DNA of 64,000 nt, taken from the NCBI GenBank assembly GCA_949288035.1, contig CASEIJ010000049.1:663-64662 (forward strand), given 5' to 3'. Origin of the DNA: an uncultured Mycoplasmatota bacterium (GTDB lineage Bacteria > Bacillota_I > Bacilli_A > RF39 > UBA660). This document shows, piece after piece, positions 60,022 to 64,000 of the stretch. Position 1 is the stretch's first letter. Each line of letters begins with the position of its first letter. A program made the translations under genes and the position numbers. The notes below the pieces were generated by a model. That model had not been told where the DNA came from. It searched no databases and saw nothing but the letters and a program-made list of their open reading frames with translations.

Positions 60022-60339
60022 ATGCAAGAGTTAACAAAAAAAATTAAAGAGTTTAATGAAGAACGTGACTGGGATCAATTTCATAGTCCTGAAAATTTGG
60101 CAAAATCAATATCAATAGAAGCAGGAGAATTATTGGAATGTTTTCAATGGAATTCTAATTATAATATTAAAGAAGTAAAATCAGAACTTGCAGATGTAAT
60201 TAACTATGCATTATTGCTGGCAGATAAATTAGGAGTGGATCCTGAGAAAATTGTTTTGGATAAAATGAAAATTACAGCAAAAAAGTATCCAATAGAAAAA
60301 GCTAAAGGAGTAAGTACAAAATATACAAAGTTAAAATAA
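60022..60339 (+). CDS. MazG-like all-alpha nucleoside-triphosphate pyrophosphohydrolase
   Basis: 105 aa with RDWDQFHSPENLAKSISIEAGELLECFQW and ELADVINYALLLA (metal-binding E/D ladder). AGGAGGGG SD; it starts 10 nt after the Fic stop. Confidence 0.8.
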   Translation: MQELTKKIKEFNEERDWDQFHSPENLAKSISIEAGELLECFQWNSNYNIKEVKSELADVINYALLLADKLGVDPEKIVLDKMKITAKKYPIEKAKGVSTKYTKLK

Positions 60340-60367
60340 GTTTTTAATATAGTAAGGAGTATGCAAA

Positions 60368-62245
60368 ATGTTAGTGTATGAAGGAGTAAAATCAAGTTTT
60401 ATTAATGATGTCAACTTAAATCTCATTGTAAATAAAATTTATGAAAAATATCAAAAATATTTTGGAAGAACAAGTGATTCTCAATTAAACTCGTGGAAAA
60501 ATTCTATGCAATATATGCGAGGTGTATTAGATGACAATGAAATACCAGACAATGCAGGAGTAGCTATTGAATTTAATATTCCAACGACTTCTAAAAGAAT
60601 AGACTTTATTCTATCTGGTAGAGATAGAAATAAAAAAGATTCTGTTATTATTATAGAACTAAAGCAATGGGAAAAATGTGACGCAGTAGAAGGAAAAGAC
60701 GGAATTGTTTCTACTTTTACTGGGCATGCAATAAGAGAAGTTACACATCCGTCATATCAAGCTATGAGCTATGCTAATTTAATTAAAGACTTTAATGAAA
60801 CAGTGCAGTTAGAAGATATAGGTTTATATCCTTGTGCTTTTCTACATAACTATGTATTAAATGAAGATGATCCAATTTGCAGTAGTCAATATCAAGAATA
60901 CATAAAAGAAGCTCCAATGTTTGGGGCTAATGATTTTATGAAACTAAGAAGTTTTATAAAAAGATATATTCTTGAGGGTGATGATAGAGAAACTTTATAT
61001 AAAATTGAAAATGGGAAAATAAGACCATCCAAAAGACTACAAGACTCACTTACTACAATGTTACAAGGCAATAAAGAGTTCAACATGATTGATGAGCAGA
61101 AAGTAATCTATGAAGATGCTATTAGAATGGCTATAGATACTTTATCAGCAAATGAGAAAAATGTATTGGTTGTACAAGGAGGACCAGGTACCGGGAAATC
61201 AGTTTTAGCAATTAATTTATTGGTTGAACTTACTAACAGAAATATGACTTGTTTCTATGTAACCAAGAATGCAGCGCCAAGGGCGGTCTTTAGAGATAAA
61301 TTAAAAGGCTCGTTTAAAATGACATATATTAATAATTTATTTCAAGGATCAGGACAGTTCACAGAAGCCGAAAGCAATGAAGTTGATTGTTTGATTGTAG
61401 ATGAAGCGCATAGATTAAATGCGAAATCTGGAATGTTCCAAAACTTAGGAGAAAATCAAATTAAAGAGCTTATCAATGCTTCCAATTTTTCAATATTCTT
61501 TATTGATGAAGACCAAAAAGTTACACTAAAAGATATTGGTTCAGTAGATGAAATAAAGAAATATGCTAAAGAATTAAATGCAGGAATAAAAATAGTAGAG
61601 CTAGAAAGTCAATTTAGATGTAATGGATCTGATGGATATCTTGCTTGGTTAGACAATGTTTTAGATATAAGAAAAACGGCAAATTTCGATGGTATGGACT
61701 TCGACTATGATTTTAGAGTAGTAGATAATCCGAATGAACTAAGAAAATTAATAGAAGAAAAAAATAAAATAAATAATAAGTCAAGATTAGTTGCTGGATA
61801 TTGTTGGGATTGGATTAGTAGTGGTAAAAATGATTCTAATGTTCATGATATAGTTATTCCAGAATACAATTTTGAAATGAGTTGGAATTTAGGAAATTCA
61901 CAAACATGGGCAATTGATCCTTTGTCAATAAACGAAGTAGGGTGTATCCATACATGTCAAGGGTTAGAATTCGACTATGTAGGAGTAATAATAGGTGAGG
62001 ATATTAGATATGAAAATGGAAAAATTATTACAGATTACACAAAAAGAGCTAAAACAGATCAATCATTAAAAGGAATTAATAAAATTGCCAAAGAACAAGG
62101 TCAAGAAGTAGCAAATCAAATAGCAGATAAAATAATAAAAAATACATATAGAACTTTAATGACAAGGGGAATGAAAGGTTGCTATGTATATTGTATAGAC
62201 AAAAAATTACAACAATATTTAAAAAATAAAATTAGAATAAATTAA
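60368..62245 (+). CDS. DUF2075-type protein: N-terminal PD-(D/E)xK-like nuclease core fused to an SF1/Schlafen-like P-loop NTPase
   Basis: RIDFILSG...SVIIIELKQWEK (D...ExK pattern), Walker A VQGGPGTGKSVLA, Walker B CLIVDEAHRL, CIHTCQGLEFDYVGVIIG and LMTRGMKGCYVY. It starts 28 nt after the MazG stop. Confidence 0.8.
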   Translation: MLVYEGVKSSFINDVNLNLIVNKIYEKYQKYFGRTSDSQLNSWKNSMQYMRGVLDDNEIPDNAGVAIEFNIPTTSKRIDFILSGRDRNKKDSVIIIELKQWEKCDAVEGKDGIVSTFTGHAIREVTHPSYQAMSYANLIKDFNETVQLEDIGLYPCAFLHNYVLNEDDPICSSQYQEYIKEAPMFGANDFMKLRSFIKRYILEGDDRETLYKIENGKIRPSKRLQDSLTTMLQGNKEFNMIDEQKVIYEDAIRMAIDTLSANEKNVLVVQGGPGTGKSVLAINLLVELTNRNMTCFYVTKNAAPRAVFRDKLKGSFKMTYINNLFQGSGQFTEAESNEVDCLIVDEAHRLNAKSGMFQNLGENQIKELINASNFSIFFIDEDQKVTLKDIGSVDEIKKYAKELNAGIKIVELESQFRCNGSDGYLAWLDNVLDIRKTANFDGMDFDYDFRVVDNPNELRKLIEEKNKINNKSRLVAGYCWDWISSGKNDSNVHDIVIPEYNFEMSWNLGNSQTWAIDPLSINEVGCIHTCQGLEFDYVGVIIGEDIRYENGKIITDYTKRAKTDQSLKGINKIAKEQGQEVANQIADKIIKNTYRTLMTRGMKGCYVYCIDKKLQQYLKNKIRIN

Positions 62246-62469
62246 CATAACAAAAATTTGAGATTTTCTCCAACTAGATTAAATATACATTACACAATTG
62301 TGTTTCCTTGACAAAAAGGAAAGTTTATTTGAAGTACTCAATTGGACTGTTATATATAATTGTTAAATATGATTTTATTGCCGTTACAATAAGAAAATAG
62401 CTTTTTTTGCAGATAAAGGAGGCAAGCTTTTACGCACTGTGAAGATATTGCGAAATTTATTAAATAATT

Positions 62470-62500
62470 AAAAAAGTAGTGAGATTCAAACTCACTACTT
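62470..62500 (-). terminator. Hairpin terminator after the DUF2188 gene
   Basis: Arms AAGTAGTGAG (62474-62483) and CTCACTACTT (62491-62500). The plus-strand A-run at 62470-62473 gives the minus-strand T-run. Confidence 0.6.
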
Positions 62501-62514
62501 TACTTTAATTTTTT

Positions 62515-62739
62515 CTATCCTCGTGGTGGATAGGGATCGTTACCATAGGAATTACTGCCTTGAATTTTTCCGTTTAATCCGTGAATAATAAGTTCGCTTT
62601 GTTGATTTTGTGCAATTCTCTTTCCTACTTTAATAGCTTGTTCTTTTGTAGAAAGTATATGGCTAGGTTTAGAATTTCCGGCCCCTAATACATTCCATCC
62701 GCCGTTCGGATTATGAGTAATATGGTAATTTTTACCCAT
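62515..62739 (-). CDS. DUF2188-family small protein
   Basis: MGKNYHITHNPNGGWNVLGAGNSKPSHILSTKEQAIKVGKRIAQNQQSELIIHGLNGKIQ..., the DUF2188 pattern. The AAAGGAGG SD serves the ATG at 62739; the upstream part of the track ORF lacks coding character. Confidence 0.75.
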   Translation of the reverse strand: MGKNYHITHNPNGGWNVLGAGNSKPSHILSTKEQAIKVGKRIAQNQQSELIIHGLNGKIQGSNSYGNDPYPPRG

Positions 62740-62974
62740 AAATATATATCCTCCTTTATCTGCCAAAACTAAAAATTGCTTTTTAGAAAAAGAATGTGAT
62801 ATAATTATGTTGCGGAGAATAACCATATCACTTGGCTATTTTCTTTTTTTGTCTTAAGACAATACTATTTTAACATCAAGAGTGGAGCAAAGTCAATATA
62901 AAAAAGTTAAAAAAGTTTTCTAAAACGCTTTACTTTGTCCCAGAAAAACACTAAAATAATAGTAGGTGATAAAT

Positions 62975-64000
62975 ATGAAAAAAATTGATGTTATTAACTT
63001 AATCAAATACTATTCAGAAAAGAATGATTATGCTTTTAGAAATGAAGCATACAAAATTGCACATGATTTTGATAAAGAAGGAGATATACAACTTGCAGAA
63101 TATATTATGGCCTTGTTATCAGATACCAATACATTTGTTCCGCAGTCTTATGATTATTTATCTACTTTTTTTGAAAAAGTAGAAATTACAAATTCTTCTT
63201 TACCATTGCCAGAAGTAATTAAAAATGATATTTTGGGTATCATTAATGCAATTGGACATAATGTTGGTATTAATAAGTTTCTATTTGAGGGGCTACCGGG
63301 GACTGGAAAAACAGAAAGTGTAAAACAGATTGCAAGAATATTAAATAGAGAATTATATATATCTAACTTTGATGCAATTATTGATAGCAAATTAGGTCAA
63401 ACTTCTAAAAATATTTCTAAAGCATTTAATGAAATTAATAAATTACCACACCCAGAAAAAATAATAATTTTATTTGATGAAATAGATGCATTAGCCATGG
63501 ATAGAATGAATAATAATGATTTGCGAGAGATGGGGAGAGCTACTTCCACTTTGTTAAAAGAACTTGATAAGTTAAATGAAAATATTGTTTTAATTGCTAC
63601 TACTAATCTATTTGAATCATTTGATAAGGCGTTAATTAGAAGGTTTGATGCGGTAATTAATTTTAACAGATATAAAAAAGAGGATTTAATTGATGTGGCA
63701 GAATCCATTTTAAATGAATATTTGGAAAAAATAACATGGGCTGCCAAAGATATAAAATTATTTAGAAAAATAGTTGGTTTAATGAACCCATTGATTTACC
63801 CTGGAGATTTGAAAAACATAATTAAAACTTCATTAGCATTCAGCAATCCATCCAATCAATATGATTATTTAATTAGATTATATGAAGCGATTACATCGAA
63901 AAAAATTAATGGTAATATTAAAATACTGCAAGAGCAGAAATTTACCGTTAGAGAAATAGAACATTTAACTGGAATTTCAAAAAGTCAAGTTTCTAGGGGG
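62975..64000 (+). CDS. AAA+ ATPase (classic AAA clade) with a helical N-domain and a C-terminal HTH-like segment; 3' end runs off the window
   Basis: Absent from the ORF track (no in-window stop). I read 342 open codons from the ATG at 62975 after TAGGTGA. Motifs: Walker A FEGLPGTGKTES, Walker B IIILFDEIDAL, sensor-1 LIATTN, Arg region ALIRRFD, and near the end REIEHLTGISKSQVSR (HTH-like). Confidence 0.8.
   Translation, partial: MKKIDVINLIKYYSEKNDYAFRNEAYKIAHDFDKEGDIQLAEYIMALLSDTNTFVPQSYDYLSTFFEKVEITNSSLPLPEVIKNDILGIINAIGHNVGINKFLFEGLPGTGKTESVKQIARILNRELYISNFDAIIDSKLGQTSKNISKAFNEINKLPHPEKIIILFDEIDALAMDRMNNNDLREMGRATSTLLKELDKLNENIVLIATTNLFESFDKALIRRFDAVINFNRYKKEDLIDVAESILNEYLEKITWAAKDIKLFRKIVGLMNPLIYPGDLKNIIKTSLAFSNPSNQYDYLIRLYEAITSKKINGNIKILQEQKFTVREIEHLTGISKSQVSRG

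Noticed and set aside
62369-62392. Tiny ORF ATGATTTTATTGCCGTTACAATAA (7 codons) in the DUF2075-DUF2188 spacer, and a GTG-initiated 10-codon frame after the duplicated SD (~62439)
   Set aside because: They are too short, have no properly spaced SD, and nothing supports conservation. I treat them as non-coding.
63154-63747. Two minus-strand track ORFs (63154-63390 and 63397-63747)
   Set aside because: They are antisense to a plus-strand frame that is open for 342 codons and carries full AAA+ motifs. Their own translations are low-complexity S/L/I/F strings with no SD, so I called the plus-strand gene instead.
59003-64000. Classical integrative island (integrase plus direct repeat of the tRNA 3' end)
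   Set aside because: There is no integrase, recombinase or transposase ORF, and I saw no repeat of the tRNA-His 3' end (TCGAATCCGATATACCGCC) in the 5 kb available. The segment is accessory-like by content only, and its right boundary lies outside the window.
1-64000. CRISPR arrays, rRNA genes, IS elements, prophage structural genes
   Set aside because: I saw no regularly spaced direct repeats, no rRNA-like sequence, no transposase-like ORFs or terminal inverted repeats, and no phage morphogenesis genes. The holin-family-like protein at 24331-24765 stands alone between uvrB and lgt.

Overview
AT-rich (judged by eye, not computed) Firmicute chromosome spanning the replication origin. No searches were run: protein calls rest on motifs read from the translations and remembered family signatures, and several starts were moved from the ORF-track coordinate to the first start codon with a plausible Shine-Dalgarno. 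Left of the origin, on the minus strand, lie dnaA-dnaN-(ComK-like)-recF-gyrB-gyrA. DnaA-box clusters flank dnaA at about 6.9 kb and 8.44-8.71 kb. Right of the origin, almost entirely on the plus strand, are rpmH-rnpA-yidC-jag-(HD)-mnmE-mnmG-rsmG and a ParB homologue with a very long low-complexity insert. These are followed by Bacillus-like housekeeping blocks: uvrB, lgt, trxB-like, yvcK-whiA, DHH-rplI-dnaB, yycJ-rlmH, fba-murA, rpmE, typA, ddl. Sporulation genes mark a spore-former (spoIIR, spoIIID, spoIIQ-like, spoIID, cotJ). A cell-wall block carries three tandem FemABX paralogues plus a TagO/WecA-like gene. The only RNA gene I can support is tRNA-His(GTG) at 58926-59002. Gene content changes character directly downstream of it, to Fic, a MazG-like NTP pyrophosphohydrolase and a DUF2075 nuclease/SF1-ATPase fusion in a tight co-directional cluster. 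A DUF2188 gene and an AAA+ ATPase that runs off the window follow. This tRNA-flanked accessory segment is my best candidate for an undescribed, probably anti-phage or toxin-type, system. No CRISPR array, rRNA, IS element, transposase or integrase was seen. Class-level placement (Erysipelotrichia- or Clostridia-like) is inference only.
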